NCBI GenBank assembly: GCA_018334695.1
Contig: JAGXLO010000001.1
Location: forward strand, 7,551 to 71,550
From: Candidatus Cloacimonadota bacterium
GTDB taxonomy: Bacteria; Cloacimonadota; Cloacimonadia; JGIOTU-2
Direction: 5' to 3'
Length of the DNA: 64,000 nucleotides
Part shown: piece after piece, positions 33,649 through 43,481 of the stretch
How positions within the stretch are numbered: position 1 is the first letter of the stretch
Layout of the letters: the number at the start of each line of letters is the position of its first letter
Position numbers and translations under genes: made by a program
Notes under the pieces: model-generated
Seen by the model: only the letters and a program-made list of their open reading frames with translations
Told to the model about the DNA's origin: nothing
Databases searched by the model: none

Positions 33649-34531
33649 TATAAGCCTGTTCCTTACACTTATTAATTTCGTTTTTAATTGTTAATATTTC
33701 AGAAAACAGCTCTTTCTTATTATATTTTGCAGAAATAGTATTAATTTCTCTTTGCATTTCTTGTATTGTAAATAGCAAAGAATGACCAATTGGTTGCTCA
33801 TCTTTTGTTAATAATGAGCGTAATTTATCAAGATGGCTTTTCAATCTTACAATTTCTTCTGTAATTTCAGATTTATCAATATAATAATTGATCTCTGAAA
33901 GTATTTTTTCTTCATTAAACTTGTTTGTTTCTGTGTTATATTTATAAATTTCATTAAGTTTTTCTTCAACATGCTTTTTCAGATCAGACATAAATTCCGG
34001 AATTGAAAGCTCAATGGTAGAAAGGGCTACTTCCATTTTATTAATAGAAGAAATAAAAAACTCTTCTAAATTTTTTCCCTCTTTTTCTCTTGCTTCTATC
34101 ATTCTTTTTATGGCATCCTGCGTGGAAGCAATTAAGGAATCACAAAATTTATCAGTTTCAAAAATTGTGGTAGGGGATTCTATTGAATTCTGAAAATAAA
34201 TTATATCAAAGAGTCTAATTTTTTTAGATATTTCAACTCTGTTTGATAACTCATCAGAAAATTCAATAAGTTTATCAATATTGCTTTTTATGGTTTCCTT
34301 TTCTATTAAATTATCTTGTGAGTGCAATTTTTTAATCTTGATGTAAATCGAGCCTCTTTTAACAAAATTCTTAACTAACTTTTCTAAATTGTAAGTTAAT
34401 TTTTCGGGAAATAAATTTGGAATAGAGGAATTGATTTTTAAATATTTATTATTTTGAGATTTAGCAATTATTCTAAAATCCCTATTTTTATATTTTAAAT
34501 TTGCCTTTCCAAAACCTGTCATACTTTTCAT
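33638..34531 (-). CDS. yicC: YicC/YloC family endoribonuclease
   Basis: The start is reset to the MKSMTGFGKA... N-terminus, which is universal in YicC. The length, coiled-coil middle and conserved C-terminus fit. The ORF track started it 15 codons earlier. Confidence 0.75.
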   Translation of the reverse strand: MKSMTGFGKANLKYKNRDFRIIAKSQNNKYLKINSSIPNLFPEKLTYNLEKLVKNFVKRGSIYIKIKKLHSQDNLIEKETIKSNIDKLIEFSDELSNRVEISKKIRLFDIIYFQNSIESPTTIFETDKFCDSLIASTQDAIKRMIEAREKEGKNLEEFFISSINKMEVALSTIELSIPEFMSDLKKHVEEKLNEIYKYNTETNKFNEEKILSEINYYIDKSEITEEIVRLKSHLDKLRSLLTKDEQPIGHSLLFTIQEMQREINTISAKYNKKELFSEILTIKNEINKCKEQAYNVE

Positions 34532-35219
34532 ATAAAATTTCCTTATAATTAATTTTAATTGAAAAACATTTGTCATATTTATTTGTCAAGTTTTGAAACC
34601 CTGCCTTTTTGCTCATCCCTAATCAACTTTGAGGCAGTGGATAAATAAAAAATGCTTAAGTTTACATAATATATATTATCAGAGATTGTTAATTTAAATA
34701 AAATGAAAAATAGACTTCAGGTTTATATACGAAACTTTTATTTTTATTTATGAAATTTATTAAAAACAATTTTTAAATCCTGTGAAATAATTTGCAAGAG
34801 TATATTAATATTTCAAAAAGTTTTATTAAATAAAATAAATTTATGAACAATTTTAAAATTTTTGTTTTTCTAGATCACAATACAAAATATTTTGGTCCTC
34901 GGTTTTTTATCTAAACTATTTATTTTTATACTATAAATTATTGTATTCTTCAGGATGAACTTTTTTCCTGTTAAATTTATTCATATTTTTTGATTCTGAA
35001 GCTCTATTGCGAGTTATTATAATTTTAATTTATTAGATTAATACCTACAAAAAAATAGAATTTTATAATATTATTTATTTTAGAATTATACTCAAAGTGA
35101 AAAATAAATAAAAAAATTACTAAATTTAATTGTTACTTCTTTTTAAATAAAAAGATTCCTAATTTTATACGTCCGGCAAATTTTAGTATGTCTGCAGTTT
35201 TATCATTTATATATAAAAA

Positions 35220-35250
35220 TTGACATAATAGATATGCTTTCTTTTATAGT
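35220..35250 (+). promoter_or_regulatory. candidate sigma70-like promoter for the 35273 gene
   Basis: A perfect TTGACA lies at 35220-35225, followed 17-19 nt later by TTTATA/TATAGT. A GGAGG SD at 35265 and an ATG at 35273 follow. This is sequence pattern only. Confidence 0.25.
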
Positions 35251-35272
35251 AATACAAATATATGGAGGTTAT

Positions 35273-38194
35273 ATGACATCCAATATAATTATTACTGATG
35301 TAGGTAGTACAACTACAAAAGCCATTTTATTGCAGAAATCCAATGATAATTCTTTTGATATTGTTGATATTGTCAAATTTCCGACTACTGTGGAAAAACC
35401 GGAAGAAGACGTAAATATTGCAATAAATAAAGCTTTTAAGGCATTACAGAAAAAAATTAGTACTCCCCTATTTTCTGATCATATGGAACTAAACAAAAAT
35501 GTTCAGTTTTTCTCTACAAGTAGTGCAGGGGGAGGATTGCAAATAATCGTTATAGGTTTAACCATGTTTGATTCTGCTAGTAGTGGAAAACGTACTGCCT
35601 TTGGAGCAGGTGGTGTAATTTTGGATACATTTGCTATTGATGACAAAAGAACTGCCTTACAACAGATGCAAACCATGCACATACTCCATCCTGATATAAT
35701 TTTGATGGCTGGCGGTGTGGATAAAGGTAATGTTAATTCATTAATTCGCTTAGCAGAGATACTACAATTAGCAAAACCAACTCCAAAATTTGGAAAAAAA
35801 AATAAAATACCACTCGTATTTGCCGGCAATAAATCAGCCCAATCCTATATCAAATGGATTCTTAAAGATAATTTTCACATTGAAGTTGTATCCAATATAA
35901 GACCTACTTTACAAGAGGAAAATCCTGAACCTGCAAGGAAGAAAATTCACCAACTCTTTATGGATAATGTAATGGAACAAGCACCTGGATATGGCAAATT
36001 AAAACAAAAAACCAATAGTGATATAATTCCTACACCTTTGGGAGTTATCAAATCTCTTAAAATTGTTAGCGAGAAACTAGATAAAAATCTCTTGGCAGTA
36101 GATATTGGAGGTGCAACAACAGATATTTTTTCTAACATACTCGGAGAATACTTTAGAACTGTAAGTGCTAACTACGGAATGAGTTACAGCATTTCTAACG
36201 TGGCAAAAGATATAGGTTTTGAAAAACTGATTAAGCTATTACCATCACTATTTTCAGAAGATTACATTAGAAATTATATTTCGAATAAAATGCTTTATCC
36301 TACCTATATTCCAACTAATAATTTCCAGCTTTCAATTGAACAAGCAATTGCTAAATTAGCTATTCAACTTAGTAAAAAACAGCATTTTGATATGAATTTT
36401 AATACAGAAAAAATTGGTTTTCTAGACGATTTAAAGAGATCAATTCTATCTGAAAAAATTACTGAAACGTTCTATTATCAAGATGCTTTAAATAAAAGAA
36501 AGTTTCACATGAACGATATTGATATTCTTATAGCAAGTGGTGGTGTGATCTCCTCTGCTAACAATAAGCAACTATTGTATATTATGAATCTCGGTTTTAA
36601 TCCCGAAGGAATAACCGAAGTTTGGAAGGATAAACACTTCCTAACTCCTCATATGGGAGTTTTGAGCAATAAAGAAAAAGAACTGGCATCAAAAATACTA
36701 ATTGAAGAGTGTATAGTAAAAATCGGTTTGGTGGTTCGACCTTTTGGCAAACAATGGAAATCAGATAAAAAAGTAATCACAATTAAAATTGATTCTGAGC
36801 AAGAAAAAACTCTATTAACAGGAGATCTAAAATATTTTGATAACCCCGATAAAAGAGAAAGATCCATAAAGATTAACCTCCATAACGGATTTGAAGTTGG
36901 TGATGATGTCTCCAAAACCGAGTTCAATTCAAAATTACCGATACTAATTGATTGCCGACCCAAAGATACCTATACAAATGAAGCTGAATCCTATGAATTT
37001 AAACAAGAGCTAGAATCTATCGAAAAAAGTTTTAATGAGTTCATCCCTGATAAAACTATAGTTTCAGGAGTTATTAAAAAAAATATTAATCTCCCCTACC
37101 CGGGTGAAATATTAGTTAAAAATGGAGATAAGATAGAACCCGGTGATCTAATAGGTAAAAACGTCTATGATCCCCCAAAAGTTTATATACTAACTCTTTT
37201 TGATAAAAACCAACTTCAAATTAACAAAGAGAATATTAAAGAATCATTAATTATCAAAGAAGGAGATGAGGTAAAATTAGGACAAAAAATTGCTAAAGTA
37301 AAAGGACGCAAGTTGCTTGATTCAATGAGTTCCAAACGATTTACATATTCTTCTCCTGTTCGGGGAAGGGTGGAAAAAATTAATCACGAAGTTGGAACAA
37401 TAATCTTACGTGAAATTCAGGATTATTCCGACAAACCCGTAAAAGTGAAAATTGCCAAAAGGCTTGATATTAAACCTAAGAAGATGAAAAAATATTTAAA
37501 GAAAAACGTAGGCAATTTTGTTTACGCAGGTGATCTCTTGGCCTCAAAAGTGGTAGATGTTATGTCAAAATCAGATGCACCAGCCCATATGGACAAGTAC
37601 GAGCTATCGATTCAAGCACCAAGTACTGGAACAATTACCAACATCGATTATGACAAAGGAACTCTTACTATCAAATATGAAAAAGAACCCTTTAAAAAGT
37701 TTTCTCATATCTATGGAATCGTAGAAAATGTGGAACCCGAGATTTCAGCTGAACTCAAATTCAATGGTTACAAATTACTGGGCATAATAGGTTTTGGTAA
37801 CGAAAACAGTGGTAAACTACATTATATAAGTGAATTAGAAGACATTATCACCTGCAATAAAGGAGAAATAGCTGCTTATCGGGGCAAAATTGATCAGAAT
37901 TTTCTTAAAAAAGCTGAAGAGCTTGAACTAAATGGAGTGATTAGTGCCTCCATAGATAATCAGGATCTAATCAATTTCATTGGCGAGGAGATTGGAGTTG
38001 CCCTAACTGGTAATGAAAAAATACCATTCCCCTACATTTTAACAGAAGGTTTTGGAGATTTTGAGATGTGTGTTGATTATAAAGAATTTCTGAAAGAGCA
38101 TGATAACGAGTGGTGTTATATCAACGGACACACTCAGATAAGAGCAGGTGTAACGAGACCAAAGATCATTATTAATAAAAAAGAGACTAAATAA
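35273..38194 (+). CDS. large multidomain protein: GlmL/MutL-like actin-fold ATPase N-terminus plus C-terminal hybrid-barrel (biotinyl/lipoyl-like) motifs
   Basis: The start is reset to the ATG 7 nt after GGAGG (MTSNIIITDVGSTTTKAILL), the phosphate-1 motif of the ASKHA fold as in the glutamate-mutase accessory protein MutL/GlmL and EutA-like proteins. A second ASKHA-like block (LLAVDIGGATTDIFS) is present. The C-terminal half carries several hybrid-barrel-like motifs: GEILVKNGDKIEPGDLIGK, IKEGDEVKLGQKIAKVKG, SPVRGRVEKINHEVGTIIL and APSTGTITNIDYDKGTLTI. Confidence 0.55.
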   Translation: MTSNIIITDVGSTTTKAILLQKSNDNSFDIVDIVKFPTTVEKPEEDVNIAINKAFKALQKKISTPLFSDHMELNKNVQFFSTSSAGGGLQIIVIGLTMFDSASSGKRTAFGAGGVILDTFAIDDKRTALQQMQTMHILHPDIILMAGGVDKGNVNSLIRLAEILQLAKPTPKFGKKNKIPLVFAGNKSAQSYIKWILKDNFHIEVVSNIRPTLQEENPEPARKKIHQLFMDNVMEQAPGYGKLKQKTNSDIIPTPLGVIKSLKIVSEKLDKNLLAVDIGGATTDIFSNILGEYFRTVSANYGMSYSISNVAKDIGFEKLIKLLPSLFSEDYIRNYISNKMLYPTYIPTNNFQLSIEQAIAKLAIQLSKKQHFDMNFNTEKIGFLDDLKRSILSEKITETFYYQDALNKRKFHMNDIDILIASGGVISSANNKQLLYIMNLGFNPEGITEVWKDKHFLTPHMGVLSNKEKELASKILIEECIVKIGLVVRPFGKQWKSDKKVITIKIDSEQEKTLLTGDLKYFDNPDKRERSIKINLHNGFEVGDDVSKTEFNSKLPILIDCRPKDTYTNEAESYEFKQELESIEKSFNEFIPDKTIVSGVIKKNINLPYPGEILVKNGDKIEPGDLIGKNVYDPPKVYILTLFDKNQLQINKENIKESLIIKEGDEVKLGQKIAKVKGRKLLDSMSSKRFTYSSPVRGRVEKINHEVGTIILREIQDYSDKPVKVKIAKRLDIKPKKMKKYLKKNVGNFVYAGDLLASKVVDVMSKSDAPAHMDKYELSIQAPSTGTITNIDYDKGTLTIKYEKEPFKKFSHIYGIVENVEPEISAELKFNGYKLLGIIGFGNENSGKLHYISELEDIITCNKGEIAAYRGKIDQNFLKKAEELELNGVISASIDNQDLINFIGEEIGVALTGNEKIPFPYILTEGFGDFEMCVDYKEFLKEHDNEWCYINGHTQIRAGVTRPKIIINKKETK

Positions 38195-38197
38195 TTT

Positions 38198-39976
38198 TCA
38201 AATTCTATCTATCTTAGTAAGTTCGTTCCTGATTTGGGGAGCGTAAGCTCCATTAGAATAGGAAGTTAAATAATTTTTGAAGATGCGCTTAGCTGTTTTG
38301 TAATTCTGTTTATTTAAGTAGCAATAACCCAAATTTTTTAATAATATTTCCCAATTAACGATTTCACCATAATCTTTTACATTCTCATATAATTTTATAG
38401 CTTTATCGTACATATTGTGCTTGTAATAAAAAATGCCCATGACATAATTTAAATAATTTAGTTTTAATGAATCAGCAGTTTGATTTTTTATCTTATCATA
38501 TACATTTTTTGTTATAGTTACATTTACGGAATTATAATGTTTTATAAAATCTTTAAGTAGTATCGCTAGCGAATCTTTAGTTTCTGATAACTTAAAAGCC
38601 TCTGCCATTTCCTTAGCAGATACAATATCATTAAAATATTCGCTCTTATAATCATATCTAATATAATTTTGGAAAAGTGAATCTGCTGCTTTGTATTTAC
38701 CTGAAAGCAGATTTGTAAGATAAAGATAATATTTAGCCTCGGTATAAATATCCTCTTTATGGCGTTCTTCAGATTTGTCTATGATTTGTTTGAACATCTC
38801 TCTGGATTTTTCATAATCGTCGGCATACAATTCATATTTTGCCAAAAGATTATCACTTCTTAGAGCATAATTAGTTTTCTCGGATAGTTTATGTGCTTGT
38901 TCAGCATAATTTCTGGCTTGCTGCGGTTCATTATTTATTTCAAATGAAATTTGAACTAATTTTTCTAAAGAATACAAAACATCCAGATTGAAACGCTCAG
39001 TGTCAGTATCTTTATAAACTTGGAGGACGTTTTTATACAACTTTTCTGCATTCTCATAATCTCTTCCGGAAAAATACAAGTCACCTATTCTTTTATTGAT
39101 CTTAATCTTACTTACAAAACTTATATCGTATTCTGCTAAAACATCCATATATGCCTTTATACTTGGTTCCAGATAACCCTGTCTTTGACATTTATTGGCA
39201 AATTGTATTAGCTCTCTTCTTCCCATAAATTTATAGATTTTTGCAGCTTCTTCAAAATTTTCATCAATAAAATAAAATTCCGCCAGCAGCTTTCGAAGAT
39301 TTTTGTTCTCTTCTGATTTGATTCTTTGTTTTATTGCCTCAATTATTTTTTCATTTTTCACTTCAAGTTTTTCCAAGTTATAGCGTACATAGCTGTATTT
39401 ACGTTCATCTAACAAATTAAGATATTCATCGATAGCCTTCTCATTTTCTCCTAATTGTTTATACACCATGGCTAAATTTAGAGCAAAAGCTTTGTCATTT
39501 TTTGCCAGATTACGGGCTTTTTGATAATATTCCTCTGCTTTCTCAAAATATTTTTCTTTATTAAATACGCCGGCAACTTTAACATAAGAAATGCTGCTTT
39601 CCTTTTTAAAATTCAAATAATCATCAATAATATTCTCAACTTCATCCATATTATTATTTTTTAATTGCAACTGCAGTTTAGTCAGTAATATATATGATTC
39701 TGAAAGAGCTGTTTCTTCTTTTTTCAATATTTCTTTTAGCTTATCATACTGCTTTGTAGAAAAATAAAGATCTACAAGGCTTTTTATGGTTTCCTCATGG
39801 TGAGGTGTTGTTTCCAAAATTTCATAATAAGCCTTTTCTGCTTTATCAAACTGTGAACGTTGAATATAATATCTTGCTTGTCTGTTTTTCATATCAATTA
39901 TTTGTTTTCTGGTATAGGAATTAGCATAATTGAATATGAGCATAAAAATTGTACTAACTAAAATTAATTTTTTCAT
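38198..39976 (-). CDS. secreted tetratricopeptide-repeat protein
   Basis: Signal peptide followed by many TPR-like repeats (W/Y..A...Y......Y.KA pattern throughout). 592 aa. It lies directly downstream of the 1088-aa gene on the minus strand with a 2-nt gap. Confidence 0.7.
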   Translation of the reverse strand: MKKLILVSTIFMLIFNYANSYTRKQIIDMKNRQARYYIQRSQFDKAEKAYYEILETTPHHEETIKSLVDLYFSTKQYDKLKEILKKEETALSESYILLTKLQLQLKNNNMDEVENIIDDYLNFKKESSISYVKVAGVFNKEKYFEKAEEYYQKARNLAKNDKAFALNLAMVYKQLGENEKAIDEYLNLLDERKYSYVRYNLEKLEVKNEKIIEAIKQRIKSEENKNLRKLLAEFYFIDENFEEAAKIYKFMGRRELIQFANKCQRQGYLEPSIKAYMDVLAEYDISFVSKIKINKRIGDLYFSGRDYENAEKLYKNVLQVYKDTDTERFNLDVLYSLEKLVQISFEINNEPQQARNYAEQAHKLSEKTNYALRSDNLLAKYELYADDYEKSREMFKQIIDKSEERHKEDIYTEAKYYLYLTNLLSGKYKAADSLFQNYIRYDYKSEYFNDIVSAKEMAEAFKLSETKDSLAILLKDFIKHYNSVNVTITKNVYDKIKNQTADSLKLNYLNYVMGIFYYKHNMYDKAIKLYENVKDYGEIVNWEILLKNLGYCYLNKQNYKTAKRIFKNYLTSYSNGAYAPQIRNELTKIDRI

Positions 39977-39978
39977 AA

Positions 39979-42900
39979 TTATTCTTGAATTTGTTTCATA
40001 TATTTTTTGATGAGATTGTGATATTTTTCGGGATAATTTTCATAGATTTCTTTAAGGAAATCACGATATTCGATTTTTTCCATATCTAGCTTGAGTGAAT
40101 CAGGTACAGAATATTCAGCCTCATCAGGGCTTTCAGCTCTTCTTTTTTGACTAAAATCGCGCTTATGAATTGACTTTTGGGCATCAAGAAGTCTGGAATA
40201 TATATGTTGCTGTTTTTCCAACAATTCTTCATCAATTGTGCCTTTACGTAACTTTTCTACAACTTCTTCCAGTAATTCTTCTGTAGATTCAAGGTCACCT
40301 AATAATTTTTTTGCTTCCGGATAATCTTTTAGTACTCTTTCCAGATTTTCTTTTATTCTCTGCTCATTGGCAGTTATACGTTCCATCATCTGGCGCTGTT
40401 CCTGGCTCAAACGGGGTGAAGTTTTACCGTTTTGCCCCATCTTTTGCATCATTTGCTGAAAAAGAGCCATAGATAATTGATTGGCCATTTTTTGTCCCTG
40501 GGACATCTGCTGTAATTGCTGCATAAGCTGCTGCATACCACCTCCACTCTGTCCAGATCCGCCGCGTGATTGTAATAAGTCCGAAAGCATTTTGTTAATT
40601 GAATAAAAAATTTCTTCTTTATCCTTTTGCACATTATAATTACGATTATTACGTAGTGCATCAAACATATTTTCAAAAAGATTGAAAGTGGAAGCCGAGT
40701 GTTTCATTATACCTGGATTAATGCTAAACATGATCAAAGGATTCTGAAATAGAGTTTTCATGCTATTTTGTAAACCCTCGTAGATTTCAATCTCTCTATC
40801 CAAAATTTCAAATGCTCCATATTCCCTGGGCAAAATCGTTTCTTGCTGTTTTGAGTAGTATAGCAGGTTCTCTACAGTTCTTTTTATTAACTTTTTAAAC
40901 TTCTCTTGCATAGCATTTTGCATCATCTGTTGAGATTTACAAATGGATGAACACATCTTGCCCATGCATTCTGAAATAGAGTTTTGAGTCTGGGAAGCTT
41001 TGCTCGACTGATTTTTTTTCAACTGCTCAATAGCGTCCTGTAGCTGCTGAGAAAGCTTACTTTGTTCTGCCTCTGACAAGGCTTTTTCGAGTTGTTCAGC
41101 TGCTTTTGACTCTTTGTTTTCTCTTAAGTTTTTGGCCTGTTTCTCAAGCTCTTTTTTAAGCTGCTGATATTTTTTAGATATCTCTTCCTGCTTTTTACTC
41201 AAACCACTCAAGTCCTGATTGTTTTCGCTTCTTTTTTTAGTAAGCTTATTTAATTGATCCTGTAATTTTTTTAATTCATTAGCTTGCTGAATAAGCTTTT
41301 GCATATCCTGTTCCTGTTTTACCTTTTTTAAAAGATTTAGTGTATTCTCCAATCGCTTCAGGAACTTCTCCTGAGAAAACTTGAAATTTTTAAGAGCCTC
41401 TTTCATATCTTCCGGCTTCATTTTCTTTATTGATTCTTGCAGGTCCTTCATAGCTTCTTTTAGCTCAGGAGTTGAAATATCTTCCATCAGTTTTTGTAGT
41501 TCTTTTAATTTTTCCATAGTCTCTTGAGAAGCAAGTTTGTTTTTTTCTACTTCTTCAATGAATTTCTTATATTCTTTGGCAGTTTGTTCAGCTACTTTTG
41601 ACATCTCCTCCTGCTTTTTTAGAATACTTTTAAGATCTTCCTTTTCTTGCCATTCATATTCTTCTTGCTTAAGATATTTTCTTCTTAACTGTTCAAATTT
41701 CTTCTTATTCTTTTCACTTTCCTTAAAGGCTCTGGAAAGATTGTCGGATTGAGATTGCTGTTCTTTATCAATCTCTTCATAAAGCTCTTCTATCGAGGGA
41801 AATTTGAGTAAATAAGTTTTAGATCTCCCAGTTTGTTTTTCAGGTATTGAACAATTATCATAAACTTTGAGAAAATAGCTTATAATGTCCCCGGGCATCA
41901 GATCAATATCACTAACATCAAAAACGAAACTGTCTTTATAAAATGAATTGGTAATATTTTCTGAAATTGTCTCTTCTTTGAATTCATCATTATTCTTTTT
42001 GAAGACGATAGATATTTTGGATAAACCAAAATCGTCCGAGCTGGTAAACAGTATGGTCTCAGTTAGCTGCTTTGCCAAAAGTTTATCCCGTGCAGGTGCA
42101 AGTATTTCAATAGTTGGAGAAAGATCCTCTTCAGCATAAATATTCCTCTCTATAGGCTGATTTTGATTGTTCAATGTATCTACAAGCAAGAAGTGATAAG
42201 TTCCGGTATTTTCTATATTGAACACCGTACTATAGTTGTATTTATTAATTTTATCTAATTTATTGGTTTCCCCATCAGAAAAAATAATCCGATGTTTTTT
42301 CAGATCATTATTAACTAATAAATTTACTGTAATCTTCGTTCCACGAAGTGCTATTACATTTCCGGACGCGTTTTCCTCTGTTTTATCTGGAATATTTGCA
42401 TACTCAGGATAATCATATTTTAGAGTTAATTCTTTGATTGCGGGCTTTGATAAGGTATTTACAAAAAATGTATCAGATGAAGCAAACTCATTTTTTAGAC
42501 AGTAATACATAGTATCTGTAACATTATAGAAAGTATATTTATCAGAAGCCAGATTGACCTGTTTTGTTCTTAAATTCTTTTTTATGAATAGATCATATTG
42601 CAGGTTAGGATTATAATTATCTATTGATATCTGAAGATTTGATCCTCTCAATAATGTTGCATCTCCGGGCTTTATTTCAATTTTTTTATCGTATTTTGGT
42701 GAAAATCTCTCAATATCTGTAAGAGTTATTAAAGAATTATTACACAGACCAGGTAATACCAAGTAGAAAACTAAAATAAAGACAAGAGATATGAATAAAA
42801 TTTTTATATGCCAGAGAACTTTTTGAGGAGGAAAAATCTCACTGTAACCTAAATTCTTTGTAATTTGATTAGCTTTTTTAATGGTAGCTTTTTGGATATC

Positions 42901-43245
42901 CGAAGAGTAAAAATCTTTTTTTGCTTTTTCCAGTTCAAAGGCAGCAAGAATGATTTCTTTGCTTCCCTCTTCAATTTGGGCAATTCTCTGTGCAATTTTT
43001 TTTAGAGAAGTAAAAGACAAACTAGACCTGACCACAAATAAGACCAGCAAAAGAGTAATGATGACTTTATAGATTATACTGATAACTAGGAGTGATTCAT
43101 AACTACTAAGCAGTAAATTTGAAACAAAAGTATAGGTTATAAAGGAAACAATAAGCAATAGAATTAGTATAACAAAGTTTACGAAAATTTGTTGTAGTAA
43201 AAATTTAAGTCTAAATTTTTTTAATTTATTTATATATGAATTCAT
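39979..43245 (-). CDS. large membrane-anchored coiled-coil protein (DUF4175-like)
   Basis: 1088 aa. N-terminal TM helices are followed by a beta-rich extracytoplasmic region. Then comes ~450 aa of K/E/Q-rich coiled coil and Q/G/M-rich low-complexity blocks (GGSGQSGGGMQQLMQQLQQMSQGQKM). The architecture is reminiscent of DUF4175 / Bat-operon-associated proteins. The family call is from memory only. Confidence 0.5.
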   Translation of the reverse strand: MNSYINKLKKFRLKFLLQQIFVNFVILILLLIVSFITYTFVSNLLLSSYESLLVISIIYKVIITLLLVLFVVRSSLSFTSLKKIAQRIAQIEEGSKEIILAAFELEKAKKDFYSSDIQKATIKKANQITKNLGYSEIFPPQKVLWHIKILFISLVFILVFYLVLPGLCNNSLITLTDIERFSPKYDKKIEIKPGDATLLRGSNLQISIDNYNPNLQYDLFIKKNLRTKQVNLASDKYTFYNVTDTMYYCLKNEFASSDTFFVNTLSKPAIKELTLKYDYPEYANIPDKTEENASGNVIALRGTKITVNLLVNNDLKKHRIIFSDGETNKLDKINKYNYSTVFNIENTGTYHFLLVDTLNNQNQPIERNIYAEEDLSPTIEILAPARDKLLAKQLTETILFTSSDDFGLSKISIVFKKNNDEFKEETISENITNSFYKDSFVFDVSDIDLMPGDIISYFLKVYDNCSIPEKQTGRSKTYLLKFPSIEELYEEIDKEQQSQSDNLSRAFKESEKNKKKFEQLRRKYLKQEEYEWQEKEDLKSILKKQEEMSKVAEQTAKEYKKFIEEVEKNKLASQETMEKLKELQKLMEDISTPELKEAMKDLQESIKKMKPEDMKEALKNFKFSQEKFLKRLENTLNLLKKVKQEQDMQKLIQQANELKKLQDQLNKLTKKRSENNQDLSGLSKKQEEISKKYQQLKKELEKQAKNLRENKESKAAEQLEKALSEAEQSKLSQQLQDAIEQLKKNQSSKASQTQNSISECMGKMCSSICKSQQMMQNAMQEKFKKLIKRTVENLLYYSKQQETILPREYGAFEILDREIEIYEGLQNSMKTLFQNPLIMFSINPGIMKHSASTFNLFENMFDALRNNRNYNVQKDKEEIFYSINKMLSDLLQSRGGSGQSGGGMQQLMQQLQQMSQGQKMANQLSMALFQQMMQKMGQNGKTSPRLSQEQRQMMERITANEQRIKENLERVLKDYPEAKKLLGDLESTEELLEEVVEKLRKGTIDEELLEKQQHIYSRLLDAQKSIHKRDFSQKRRAESPDEAEYSVPDSLKLDMEKIEYRDFLKEIYENYPEKYHNLIKKYMKQIQE

Positions 43246-43262
43246 AACATTATTTTCTAAAA

Positions 43263-43336
43263 GGAGCCACCAGCGGGAATTGAACCCACGACCAACTGAT
43301 TACGAATCAGTTGCTCTACCTCTGAGCTATGGTGGC
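43263..43336 (-). tRNA. tRNA-Thr (anticodon CGU)
   Basis: The reverse complement folds as a cloverleaf: acceptor GCCACCA/TGGTGGC, U8, D-arm GCTC-AGAGGTA-GAGC, anticodon stem ACTGA/TCAGT with loop TTCGTAA (anticodon CGT), T-arm GTGGG-TTCAATT-CCCGC, and a U discriminator. The genomic sequence continues CC then T, so the 3' CCA is not fully encoded. Confidence 0.85.
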
Positions 43337-43481
43337 TTTTTTGTAATAGCCAATTTCAATTCAAATTTATGTCAACATTTAAATATTTACATTTTTTGTC
43401 AAATTGACTGAACAAAATAATTGACAATAAATAACATCAAGTTAGTTTTTCAAATGTAAATTGTTATTTGAAAGATATATA

